This document shows positions 39,832 through 51,833 of a stretch of DNA of 64,000 nucleotides, piece by piece. Every line of letters begins with the position of its first letter. Position 1 is the stretch's first letter. The notes below the pieces were generated by a model. It worked only from the letters and a program-made list of their open reading frames with translations, was not told the DNA's origin and did no database searches. The stretch comes from Tubiluchus corallicola. Taxonomy: Eukaryota; Animalia; Priapulida. The stretch lies in the NCBI GenBank assembly GCA_030141605.1, contig JAQGDQ010000225.1, forward strand, positions 124,001-188,000. Reading direction: 5' to 3'. The position numbers and the translations under genes are program-made.

Positions 39832-40026
39832 TCAACACTTACCAGCCTTTCTCTTTTTTATACAGCTGAGCACACACATCAGCAATGTTGCTAACACGAT
39901 GACACCGTCAGTTATTAACAAGTGGTTGAAGTAAGTCGTGCAAAGTACCACGTACAGATGTAATGCTCCAAAAGCCATGAACGCCAACCCCAAAAACACC
40001 AGTATACATGCACCCATGCCGGCCAT
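39832..40026 (-). CDS. Microprotein C: 62-64 aa two-TM hairpin (probably spliced at G|GTAAGT, 39842, to an acceptor at 39052, ending ...KRKAG*)
   Basis: MAGMGACILVFLGLAFMAFGALHLYVVLCTTYFNHLLITDGVIVLATLLMCVLSCIKKRKAG; AACATGG context; tgtttcag acceptor; AATAAA at 38811-38816. Confidence 0.65.
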   Translation of the reverse strand: MAGMGACILVFLGLAFMAFGALHLYVVLCTTYFNHLLITDGVIVLATLLMCVLSCIKKRKAGKC

Positions 40027-40107
40027 GTTTGAATGGTTTACTAAGGCACTTAGAAGAAAATGGTTTATAAGAACATGTTGGAATTTAGTTAGATTAATGG
40101 CCGTTTG

Positions 40108-40160
40108 ATTACGTCGTTGGTTACAGCGAGGATGACGTCACATAGCAAGTTGACGTCGTT
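40108..40160. promoter_or_regulatory. CRE (TGACGTCA 40133-40140) overlapping an X-box-like GTCACATAGCAA, upstream of microprotein C
   Basis: Motifs read directly; extra TTACGTC and TGACGTC half-sites flank them. Confidence 0.5.
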
Positions 40161-40689
40161 GACTACCGTGTTAACTTCTTGTCTTCACCCTATCCCCCTC
40201 CCTTTCCTAACAATCCTCTCCTTGCTAGACGATGACTATCTTAAGTTCAATCTGATCGTGATTTTAAAATTTTAAGTGTAAAGTTTTAAAGCATGAGAAC
40301 AATAATAAAACTGCTCTTTTTTAATTTCCGCTATATAGTGTGATAACTGAGGAATTTGCATTTTGAAAAGTGCTGTTGTTACTGCCTCAAAAAGATTGTG
40401 TTTGGCTATTGTGTTTTGTTAATTAAGCGTGAAGTGATGGTATCGAGTTTTTCGCCGATTGACGGTCACTGTCATTCTATCACGTCGTAAACTTACCGTA
40501 CATTATTGCATAATCTGGATTTGTACAAATAATCCATAACTTTTAACGTCGGTACTTATAATTATCCAGTCACTGTATATCCATGTCGTCGGTTTTCGCA
40601 TATAGCTAGATCCTAGGGGATCTCTAGTGCAGGCGTAATTTTAATATAAAACAAGTCTACCTTCAAGAAAGGTAGGCTGTACAGTTGGC

Positions 40690-41244
40690 TGTAGGTCAAA
40701 GGACCATCGGACAAAGGACCATTTTTACTATTTTCAATGCGGTCAAAGGACCACCAGTTAGACGGGTGAATAAAGGGCCACTGGACAAAGGGCCACCAAT
40801 GAATGTGCTGACAGCAGCTTTAGTGAAGTTGCAACTTTGACTTGCCGTTAATATTTTATTTGAAAAAGCGTGATTGATCATTTTTGGTGATAATATTAAT
40901 GATTGGTAAATGTCTTATACTTATTTTATGTTATTTTTATTTAAAAGTACATAGCTTTGTAAGAAAACTTAAAATACTCAGTTGTACACAGGACATGTTA
41001 TGGATAAAAGACTAACAAATACACAAGATTAACAGATAAAAACTAATTAGATGCTTTAAAAAAGCATTAACGAAAAATCATTTTTATTAAGTAGGCTTGA
41101 AGATAAGACTTTGTAACAGATTATCGTCTCTTAACTACCATGTTCCTGCTCACGTATCGAAATTACGATGCATAACGGTGATCTTTTGTCTTTTCAGCTG
41201 AATCTTTGTCCGATGGTCCATTGTCCGGTGGTCGTCCCCATACA
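40690..41244. mobile_element. MITE with TGTA...TACA ends and subterminal GGACAAAGGACCA repeats
   Basis: Inverted GGACCATCGGACAAAG / CTTTGTCCGATGGTCC near both ends. Confidence 0.55.
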
Positions 41245-43200
41245 GTTAGTCAATAAGTAGCCGGATGTTGATGTGCCAGTAACGTGTCAACACCACTTCC
41301 GTTATCCTTCAAATGTGATATTGATTGTAATTAAATGCCTTAGAAACCCTTTCATGTTCATCTCGTTTTCATTTCATCTTCATTTGAACCAGATCTGCAT
41401 TTGCTATATTGTTCTGTCAATTACGATTTCATAACTAGTAGATGAATCATCATCGTCGCGTGGTATCATATCGCTTGACCTTCAAATGATTTTATTCAAG
41501 CTTGTACATGGAAATTGGGGTAGTTAATTATCTACTTGCCTGCATGATGATTGATTGGTTTCTTCTGTGAAAACTCATAGCATTGCCATTGCTCTAGGGG
41601 TGCTTCCATACCTAGGGCGCACCATTGTAGCTAGCTTTTGTTTATTGTCAGTGAAAGTACTAATTTTTATACTTTATCTGGATATTTTCCATTGGATATA
41701 TTTACAAGTACCTGCTATGGTAATGGTTTGTCTAACTCATCAGACTCCCATCTTTATACTGTCCCCTTGTCAAGATCTTTTATGTACCGAACCCAATTAA
41801 CCAGCTGATGTTGGTCTGTTGTTAGATTGTTAGCCCAATGCTCTTTAGCTTAGTCACGCTAAAAACATGACCAATCACAAAACTCTAACGAAGAAATCAC
41901 ATAGCTGCTTCGAGAGCGTTTTGATGCGTTTCCGGGACCTATATCGCTTGGCCTATTCTGAGAATTGAGTCGCAGACTGCAGAGGTAAAACTAGGTGTTT
42001 GATGTTATGGTTTTAATGGTCATTGTGTTACTTTTTATTTGTGATATTCTATGATGCCTTTTTATGAAGAACTTCGGCACTACGCTGTCATGGCATTATC
42101 TGTTGGAGCCATTACGCCTCCTTGTAGAACGCTTCAGCATTGCGTTAGTACCTGGCAACACTATCGTTCCTAGTAGAACTTCTCATTGTGAATACCCCTG
42201 ACAGTAATGGTGACAAAATTGTCTTCTCAAAGCAGCTGTATACTCAGTGATGCTATAGCTCCAAGAACACCTGGCAAGATGATCTTGCGAGACACTTCAG
42301 CGTCTTTATAGAGTCCTGGAAGACTGCAGTGCTAGCCACTGTGCCTATTTCTTCGCGTGTTCGTTAATGAGGTTTGAAGAAGCCGTTGTTATTGCGACTG
42401 CAGTTTGTTGGCATGTGCATCGATGAGTGTCCAACCTCTCTAATACAACAACAACTGGCTTCATGTAGTATTCGTTGAGCTGGCTTCATCTAGTATTCGT
42501 CATTTCTCACGGGTGCCATTCGTATCAAAGCGAAACGATTGCGATGTAAAACTGTAGCGAGCAGTTTGTGCCGCCTCATGGTCAAGTGCACGCTGTTACG
42601 TGTTGTTGTTGTTATTGTTATACTGATGGTTTCCGTGTGATGTTATTTTGACGGACGCGAAGAAAAAACCTGAACCATTTTGCGAAAAAAACGACAGTGT
42701 CGAAAGAGGTTTGTGTTGATTTGAAATGACGAGTCTCTTAATGCAATGCTGCATTGTTTAAGCAACTCTATAGTATGCTTGTTTCTGTGAAAAATTTGCA
42801 TGGTTTAAATTGTTAAAACAAAATCAGTAAAACAAGATTTGGTATATTATATTTGGAATTTCATTATTGTTTTGCCACCCTTTTTAATTAATTAATTAAG
42901 ACAAACGACAGTGATATTCATAAGCGTACGAGGCGCATGGGCGGGGGGTTGCCCTCCCAGGACAAATTAATTGTACACTTTCAGGGCAAAAGCTGGCTGT
43001 TTTCAGGGCAAATAATGCTGTTTTAAAATTTAAAAATTTAAGATTTAAATATTCAAAACTGTTTGCGTAGTGCACCATCTCTTTTTAGTGGCGACAATTA
43101 AAGAATTTCTTCTAACACGAATTGTTTTTAACTTTTAATAATTTTAAAGTTAATAATAGTACATGCTATCAAATTTAGTTCACTAAATCATGTAAGTCCT

Positions 43201-43533
43201 TTATACATTGATACATTTTAAAATACGTGCTCTGCACAATGTGCAGGCAATGTTATAGACGAACCTTGCAAAAGGAAAACAAAGTGACGTCATTATTTCT
43301 TTTGAAAAAAGAATTAGAAACATTAGAATAAGCATTCCTGAAAGTATTTGCATGTTTGTTCGGTGGAAACACAAAACACTGGCTTGCGTCTGGTTAGATT
43401 TATGATTTTTTTTTAAAAAGTTTATTATAGTTTGGACTTCTTCCATTTCTGTACCACTATTATTGCAATTGCAGTTAGGTATTCCCCGTGCAGAAGAAAC
43501 CAAAAAGAATAGAAAAACTATTATAAAGCGCAT
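43201..43533 (-). CDS. 110-aa single-exon protein with signal peptide and TM segment, family unknown
   Basis: MRFIIVFLFFLVSSARG| signal peptide (A-x-G site), NNS and NQT sequons, TM ILSGMLILMFLILFS, Cys-rich tail. Confidence 0.55.
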   Translation of the reverse strand: MRFIIVFLFFLVSSARGIPNCNCNNSGTEMEEVQTIINFLKKNHKSNQTQASVLCFHRTNMQILSGMLILMFLILFSKEIMTSLCFPFARFVYNIACTLCRARILKCINV

Positions 43534-46500
43534 TTAATTTTGAGTGAAGAACACTTGTCTTATTATCAGTTATTCGCAGTTGTGAGGGCCAGAAATGAAC
43601 ATGTGTACGATTGATGTTGGTTTCTCACAGGGTGGGAATGGTGGGAATTACATGTAATTTCGATTTCTCAGAATAATGAATGAAAAAAAGTTTTTAAAAA
43701 CACGTTAAAGAAAATGTCATATTGGTTAAGATGTTAAAAAAATATGTTTACATCTACTTGTGATACTTTTAGGTATAGCAAGGCTTGAAGGCTGTTATTT
43801 CCTTACATTCTGTGCATATTATATTGAATAAAAATACGTTTAAATACAAATAAGCATAAACGTATAGACCTATATAGGTAAATATTTTTGGACACTTTTT
43901 GTCAATCTATACTTATGTAATTATGTGGCCTCATCTTGAGGCTGTTTCTTAATGGAACGGGAATGGAACCTCTTCGAATAACGCTAAACCTTTTGATTTT
44001 AGATCCTGACACCGATTCAGCATCAAACGAAATTAAATAACTTGCACTGAGTATTCATAGATGTCAAATTTTCATTTCTTAGGTAAAGTCATCCAGTAAT
44101 ATGTATACAAACATTTTGTCTGACTGAGTTATAGCTCATTAAATTGTTCGTTATTGTTCAATGTCTTTTCACTGTTCGTCTATCAAACTGAGTTGCGGCT
44201 AATTATCAACTGAGTAATAATTAATAGGGCGTAAAGTGTTGATGTGCACCAAAGCTTAAAAGCTGCGGGCTCCGAAATGTGTTGAGAATTTAATAATTAG
44301 TATTTTGTTCGCTGTTTATTGTACCCATTATGCTTATGAAACTTATGAAAGTGATTCTTGGCATTCGCGGAAATGTGCCACAAAGGCATAAATGTGAATG
44401 ATGGAACGTAAACTTAACTGTGAAACTAGTTTAAATCACAAGAACTACTGTTCATAAATGAAGCTTAAAAGGAATTCGTTTTGAAATTTTATATCAGTAA
44501 CATGCTGTCTTATTGCATACAAGGTTTGCGTTAGCAGTAAAATGGCGTTTACCAGACATGTCAGATGTAACTACATCCTCCCTCAACAAGGTAAACAGCC
44601 AGAATCGGTACGATTAATGAGCCTTGGTGATATACTTAACTTCCCTTGGCGACCACTCATATAGTTCATTTTCCTCTAATTCTTCACCTTAATTTGTATG
44701 TTTAATTGATTGATCGATTATCTGTTTCAATTATTCCCTGATTTATTCCAATTATTTCAAATTCATTCTTCCATTTTCTTTCGTTTTTTGCTTGTTTCGT
44801 CATTTATTCATTTATTAAGCAAAATTTTACACTATGGTGTTAATGTAATCTTAAAAATATTTAGGATGCTGATAGGACAGATCATGGATTTAATGCTATT
44901 TTGAAGTAGCTCCCTATATAGTAGCTACTAATGCGAGTTTGGCTTCCTGATTTTGCTGTAGTATAGCAGGTGTTTCGCTGGCTTCAAGCTAATCATCTAG
45001 ATAACATCGATCATTACACAAGATTTTTCCGACCTTATTACTGGTAACAGGTCACAACATAATGGTAGTTAGTCGGAATAATCAGAACCATGACGCTTGC
45101 TTTATGCACCCTAGCAACGAAAGCCATTCATGCGAAAGTTCCTATGGCGTCTTGTATGATGGTAATAATGAATTTTTCATCAACGCAGTGCACATCAGAG
45201 AAGCTTTTGGCATGGTTATTTTGCTCCATACGTCACGGTTTAAAATTCTCTTCGTAACTGACCATAATAAGATCAATCCTCTGATTTCTTTTTCACTATT
45301 TCGGGTTCCTGTACAGTATACAGTAAATCGTTCCCTAGCTCCTTAGCTATACTGTAAATACTTTATACGTGTCTTTTTTCAGTCATTTTCTATTTCTGAT
45401 TAATCAAACTTTTTGTCACGTGAACAGTTAAAGGAAAGAACAAGTCGCTCAGTATGTTGGACTTATCTTACTGTTGTCACTTAAACTTAGAAAAATGTAA
45501 CAAAGAAAAATGTTAGAAAGATGTCTGCAAAGCGTAAATTTAAAATATACTACCTCTGAATAGGAATTAGCTATCTATGATGATTGACATTGCGCTTCTG
45601 TTCATCAAGACGAATGACGTCATTGGAAAAAGAATGGGCATTGAAAATGGGAGTGCCGAAACATGAAATGGTTTTACTAATTACAGGAAGCGCTTATTGC
45701 AGTTTATTACTAAATCCTTTTAACATTTTTCGCGAACATTGATATAAGCCTAACGTCCTAGCATGCTTGACCTTTCCTTTAAGAACTAGGAAATGATTTA
45801 ACTTGTTTTCCAGTATTAGGTCTAACTTGTCCTTGATTAACGTTTTATTGGCAAGTATAGCAACAGATCTCTTTACAACAAAAGCTTTCGAAGCCAGTTT
45901 AACCAGTCAGAGAAATGTAAATGATATAAACTGAACTTTTTGCCAATGGGTGGGGCTAAATAGGCAAAGAATCTGAGCAGACAGAAGAGAGAATAATATC
46001 AATTGTCAATGAAACCTTTTTTGTAATTAAGAAAATATTTGAACTTGTTTGTATAAATACTGTATGATAGCACATGCCTATCTAATCATTAGATCACATT
46101 TCTGTGTTGCCACGATAATTTCAAATTTTCTAATGTAGTTGCAGAAAACGGTATACTTTGAATATTCGGCTGTCTGATAGTCGTGCCAATGTACGATTAA
46201 TTGCATCTGCAACAATTACATTTGTATGCGATAAATTCGTATATGGCAATTTGAATATGTCGTAAATTCGTATATGGCGTCTGCCTTTGTCATACACCCT
46301 TCTTACTAATTACATTAGTAATTGCTTCTACTAATTACCGTTCTGCGCCAGCGCCAATCTAATTTACAAGCAGTCATTGGCTCATTGCAGTGCCAAATTA
46401 TCTAAGTCAGATACACATGCTCTTTGTGAGAAGTTTTAACGTGTTTTAGCATGTTATCCAGTTTGAGTCATTGACAGTTCAACTATGCTTTTAACTATTA

Positions 46501-48653
46501 TGTTTTATCCAAATGTGCTTTATTCTTGAACACGGATTTGTCTTAACTTTTAAGTACAACAAACAATTTACGTTTAGCAATTTTGATTTTTCATTGATCA
46601 GTATTCAACGTCTCTACAACTTTTTCACACAGACAGACAGGCAGTAGACGAGAACACAATAAACGCAGCTTCGTGTGACTGTGAATTCCTGACGGACGTA
46701 AGAAGATTACCGCTATTGCTGCTTTTTGACGTCACAATAGCAACACAATGCAGATTTACAGACGTAGCCATCAGCCGTGTTTTTCTGAAGCCGCTGCTTT
46801 ATCGCCTTTCTCTGGATAGCAGCTTTCACGCTTCGTTGCTGCCAAATCCATTATGGAAGATTAAAGGCAGCTTTTGGAAAAATTTGCTTTGTATGTAAAA
46901 CCCACATTGCGGGTTTATCTGTTGCTGACTGCTGTTGGCGTACTCTTGATTTCGCCTCCCTTCTACTCTCTGGCGCGTGGTGTGCTCGAAAAGCAACTGG
47001 GAAACTTCGAACTTTCTTGGGTCTCAGTTACTAAGCAACATGTCTACCTCCTAAACAACATGTCAGCTGTGACATGGGCGTGCATGTGTTTGTCCAGTGT
47101 TCAACTGCCTGGAAGTTTTTCAAATTTCCCATTAATCGAATTTGGCACATGGGCAGCATTTACTTCAGAAAAGGGTCAGAATGACATGCGTCTCTTTTTC
47201 CTTTACTTGAAGGTCAGCAAGTCTTACAATAAAAAACAAGCGTTTTGCATTTATAACCCCAGTGAAGGGTTAAGCTAATCAAATTTGATGCTTGCATAAC
47301 ACTAGAGAATGGTTGCTACAAACGTTTGACCTTGAGTTGACCTTGGCGCTCAATTTATTGTTACAGTATCCCAAAGGTCGTCACAAAAGTCAATCCATTC
47401 ATACTAAAAGCAATCTAAAAATTTACAACCTGCAGGAACCCTGTGTCAATTTTCAGAACTAAAATCCATGAACTGGCATGACAGGTTTACGTGCAAAATT
47501 CAGTGAAATTTGAGCGAAAAACACTTGCAGTCATTTTGCCTGGTGACGTGCAGTCTAATTAATTTTATGGACCGTAAACCTCCCGGGTTAATCATCGCCA
47601 CGCTGACTTAGCTTGTAAACAATGGCTGCGAAAGGACTTATAGGTCTGGATGGCTTCACGGTGATTGTACAGCCGTATTGAGGAAGCCAGCTGGTATAGA
47701 AGTCCTTTCAAGGAATGCTTCGTTAATGTATTTCAACTAGCCCGTAATTATAAAGTTAGCTTCTAAAAGTGGACGTTTTTAGCAAATTTCTTAAATGCTT
47801 TTAGGGGTTATGCCCCGCAGCAGGATTGCGCTTGCAGTTTATTTTGGAAGTTACATGAGAATAAGTGTCGTGTCGTGAAAGTAAAGATAAAATATGAGCG
47901 ACCTTCAAACGCACGTGAAGTGGGGTCAAATGGGACATTCGTTTATTTTCTGTAGGTAATAAACCTGGAATTGCTCCTATATTAATTCAAGTTATTTTGT
48001 TGCTCTTAGGAGCAAAATTACGAGCGGGATCGTAGATCATACAATTCCAGTAGGGTTTCTTTTGACGTCAGTCTTAGTTGCGTGGCTCAAAAAGCCAACG
48101 ATTGTAATCGGATTTCCTACTTTTAGAACCATCTAGCCTGATTTCATTTGACATTTAAGGGCTTCATTTGTGAGACATGTACAACTTGTGTCAATTTAAT
48201 AGGGACTAGGTAGCTGCCAGTGCCTTATACTGATTGGCACTTATGCACGATAGTTGTTCAGACCTAAGTTATAAGCTTATTTAAACATCATAGATATTCT
48301 GTTGCGTACTTTTTGGAGAGCTTGTTATTAAAATTTTACCAATATCTTTCACTTGTCTACTAGGCAAAATTGGAATTCAACGAAAATGGTTTTCAAATTT
48401 TGCTGGGACGTTTTAATAACAGAATTCTCGATGTGCCTCAGTGCCATCTGATTGCATACAAAAACCATATATTTTGAAAATGGGATGATAACGAAGAAGG
48501 TTTTCCATGATACTACATTGGAACATTGATTCTAGAATGAGTATCACAATCGTTTGATCTCTTGTCAATCACTTGTTTTTCTGTTTTATGAACTTCCTGC
48601 ATGTTCTGTTGAGTTACAATGAATACTGTTCTAACGATGACCATTTTTTCCAG

Positions 48654-48818
48654 AGATGGGTCGAGTCAGGCGGGGACTTGTGCCACACCCAATGCAAGCA
48701 CACCAAAGAAGGAACCGCAAAGCACATCTAGTCAAAGCAGCACACATTCTCCTGCTTCACGTTCCTGTGGCAACATTCCGAATGTCCACCTGGATACAAA
48801 TACAAATATGGTAGAAAG
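48654..48818 (+). CDS. GRAMD1B: GRAMD1/Aster-like N-terminal S/T/P-rich exon (phase 2-2)
   Basis: ttttttccag acceptor, DGSSQAGTCATPNASTPKKEPQSTSSQSSTHSPASRSCGNIP..., AG|GTAAG donor; 165 nt. Symbol stands for the GRAMD1A/B/C family. Confidence 0.72.
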
Positions 48819-49799
48819 GTAAGCTTGGAAAGGTGTTTGCCTTTTTTGGTTTTTCATTTTAGGACTGAATTTTGTCGGAATTTAATTAGGGATAGTTGGT
48901 AAATTAGCTATATGCACTATAATAATAGATGCTAAAACTTGAGACCATCATTAGATATACATAACAGTGAACTTACCGTAATTTTCGAAAACAGCTAGTT
49001 AAATGAAGCATCCTCTTTTAAAAGAAGCCATGATCCCACAGAAAACGTGTACTTATTCTTTTTGGCCTTGCAATTGAACTTTAGAGCAATAGGGATTACC
49101 TTATAACAGCCAACAAGAGCATTCCACGTGTGAACACGTGCGTGTATAAATGTGCTATGCGTGGCTTTACTTACGACTTCCATCAGGTACCAGATTCATT
49201 TTTAGAAGATCATTAATTGTCTAAAAGGCGTAATATGTTCACTGTGTCACTCAAAAAGCCCTTTGAATGGAATTATTTTTGACAAAATTGAAAGAATGAC
49301 GATATTTTTCAAAAAAGAGCTGGGACTGCAATAGCTTCTTGATATTGTTGACTGAGCACCTGGCTGCGTTGAAAACAGTAGATTCTCAATTTTTCACCTC
49401 TCTTTTTATACCAATGGCTGAGCATCACCTTTTCGAGGTCCAAGTCATTTTTGGTGATTTAGTAATCATTTTCATGCGAGCTGACAGTTTGTTATTTTTG
49501 ACTCACAGAACTGAAATTTAGCAGTTGTTCTCCGAGTGGCCTGTCTGGTCACGTGACATCGTGCGTGTAAAAGGCAAAGAAACTTTAACTTTTCCTAAGG
49601 AAACATTAGAAGCATTGAACACCAAACGTGCAGAATAACTCTGACGCCAAAGGCAGATGGTAAGCAGTTGTTATCTGTGGAAACGCCATTAAATGAAGCC
49701 ATTTACGAACGCCTAGTTAATGAGACAGCACTAACCTTATTGAATTAGCTAGTTGTTAAGGAGATAGCTGCCTTTTCCAGTTGAAATCTTTTTTCGCAG

Positions 49800-49988
49800 A
49801 AGTTCTGCCGATAACGAGTTACAGCATGGCACAAACGCTGTTACCGTCACCGTTGCTGCGGCGTCGGGCGACATGTGCGCCCCCACTACCTGGAAATTGG
49901 AAGCATGTGATGATAGGAAGACTCCGGAACCTTTGTCCACTAGTCGAGTAGAGGGTCTCTCGCCGAGTTGTCAAAAAACACCCGAGAA
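49800..49988 (+). CDS. GRAMD1B: GRAMD1/Aster-like N-terminal exon (phase 2-2)
   Basis: ttttttcgcag acceptor, open 189 nt SSADNELQHG...LSPSCQKTPE, AA|GTAAGT donor; GC-rich coding-like composition. Confidence 0.7.
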
Positions 49989-51160
49989 GTAAGTAAAATT
50001 GTTTTTGTTTTAATTTTACTATCCAATGTAAAATTTAAATATCAGTAAATTTTGATTGAACTGTTTGCGTATAAAAATCGTCCGTGATAAAATATTGAAT
50101 CAACCAATGCAAGGGACTTTAAAAATATCAGGAAACGCATGTGCAGACATTGTGGGCTTTGTTGAGGCTCAACCGTGAGGACTTCACCATGAACGGAAAT
50201 ACAGTGTGGGACATTTCTGTAAATGTGAAAATTAAAGGGAGTTTATTGGACATGCGCATTCCGCAATGTGTATGCGTTATCCGGAATGTTTTATGCGTTA
50301 GCTACGTATGAACGGTCTAAAGGAAAAGCTGGTCTGATGAACGGGTACATTGAATACAATATAAATATCTTTTATACCATAACGTATGGCGCATTCCATA
50401 TGTCCAGTGAATGGCACGTAACAAAGTTGCAGATTACTATGTAGAAAAATGATGTTTTCTGTCAGAATGAAAGAGAAGTTCTCAACTTACGATCTACGGA
50501 ACACTTCATGCTAATAGGGAGTTCCACTGAGAAGCAATTTTGAGGAAATAGCTTTTCCCAAACGTGATTATTTTGCACGTCATGACCTACTTGGAATAGG
50601 CTTAATAGTACACAATGGTGCGAGATTTTCAGAAGTAACATAAAAATTGGCTTGGGTGTAATGCAAGTCTGTTTGTAAATATGAAAGTACTGCTACCTGA
50701 CATTGCCACGTTGTTTTCCTTTAAATGTTTTAAATATCACTTGCCTTGGCCTTTAATGTGCATTTTGATTTTATATTCAGATCAGAAGAACTGGCGAATA
50801 GCTTTTCAAAGTTGTAGATATAATCGCTAATGCAAAAATTTCCATGTCTTATTGTCAGAAATTAATATAAACGAGATGCGTATCGAGTTTTTGCAATCCG
50901 ACTTAATTTCACGCTTATTAAAACTCTGCCTCGCATGTTAGTCATCTTCTATTTCACAATTACTTTTCCTTCGTGTTTTCTTGCCAAATTAATTGCAATG
51001 GATTTTTTCCCTTTTCTGAGGAAACTTGTTGAAATACGAGATTAATTATGTTGCTCAAGTTTGCGCTGTCAGGCTTTTGTGCATTTGTGTTTTAAAGGAT
51101 TTCACTTACAGTTAAGTTAATGGGGTTCTATTGTTAGAGCCTTTTCTTTTCGTGTAGTTT

Positions 51161-51163
<3 letters not shown>

Positions 51164-51196
<33 letters not shown>
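51164..51196. repeat. (CT)n microsatellite
   Basis: Direct read. Confidence 0.95.
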
Positions 51197-51197
<1 letters not shown>

Positions 51198-51779
51198 CTC
51201 CCTCCCTTTTCTCTTCCCTTTCTGTATCTCTCTCATTCTTACTCTCAGATCTGCTCTGTTTCTCTGTTCAGTTAGCTCGTTCTTTTTCTCTTTTATCAAC
51301 TGATTTTTTTCTTTGTTCTTTTTCGCTGTCTTCTAGAAAACTTCCAGAATGCGACTAGGATTATACCTCTGTCCCTGGAAAGTGGAAACTTTTATAATTA
51401 TCATCCATTCTAACAACCCACACCAGCTGCTAATGAATTGAGTTAACGCGCATTAGAATTATTTGACGTTGCCGTTATCGACTCGGTACTTTGTTGTCGG
51501 TGTTTGCGTGCCATCGACAATTCACACCTGCTGATGGCTTCGCAATTGTTGATTTTCGCTACGTTACGAAGATAAATAGAAATACAGGAGTTGTTTAACC
51601 TGCTAGATATTGCAGCATGGCAGCCTGCTTGCTGAACAAAGTAAACCATCTGGCTAATTAACTACTAATGTGTATAACATGTGGAAATAAGAGATATGTA
51701 TGTAAAGTCCATACGGGTTATTTATTATTTATCCAAGTGCTATAACTACTCTCCATTCTTCACATTACGATTTTTGCTC

Positions 51780-51780
<1 letters not shown>

Positions 51781-51833
<53 letters not shown>

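Noticed and set aside
41880-42660. Relatively GC-rich, coding-looking stretch
   Set aside because: The splice-bounded frames I tried hit stops, the ORF track lists nothing of 60 aa or more here, and no family was recognisable
46874-47278. 134-aa hydrophobic plus-strand ORF
   Set aside because: Non-ATG start, no similarity to the microprotein family, no convincing splice signals
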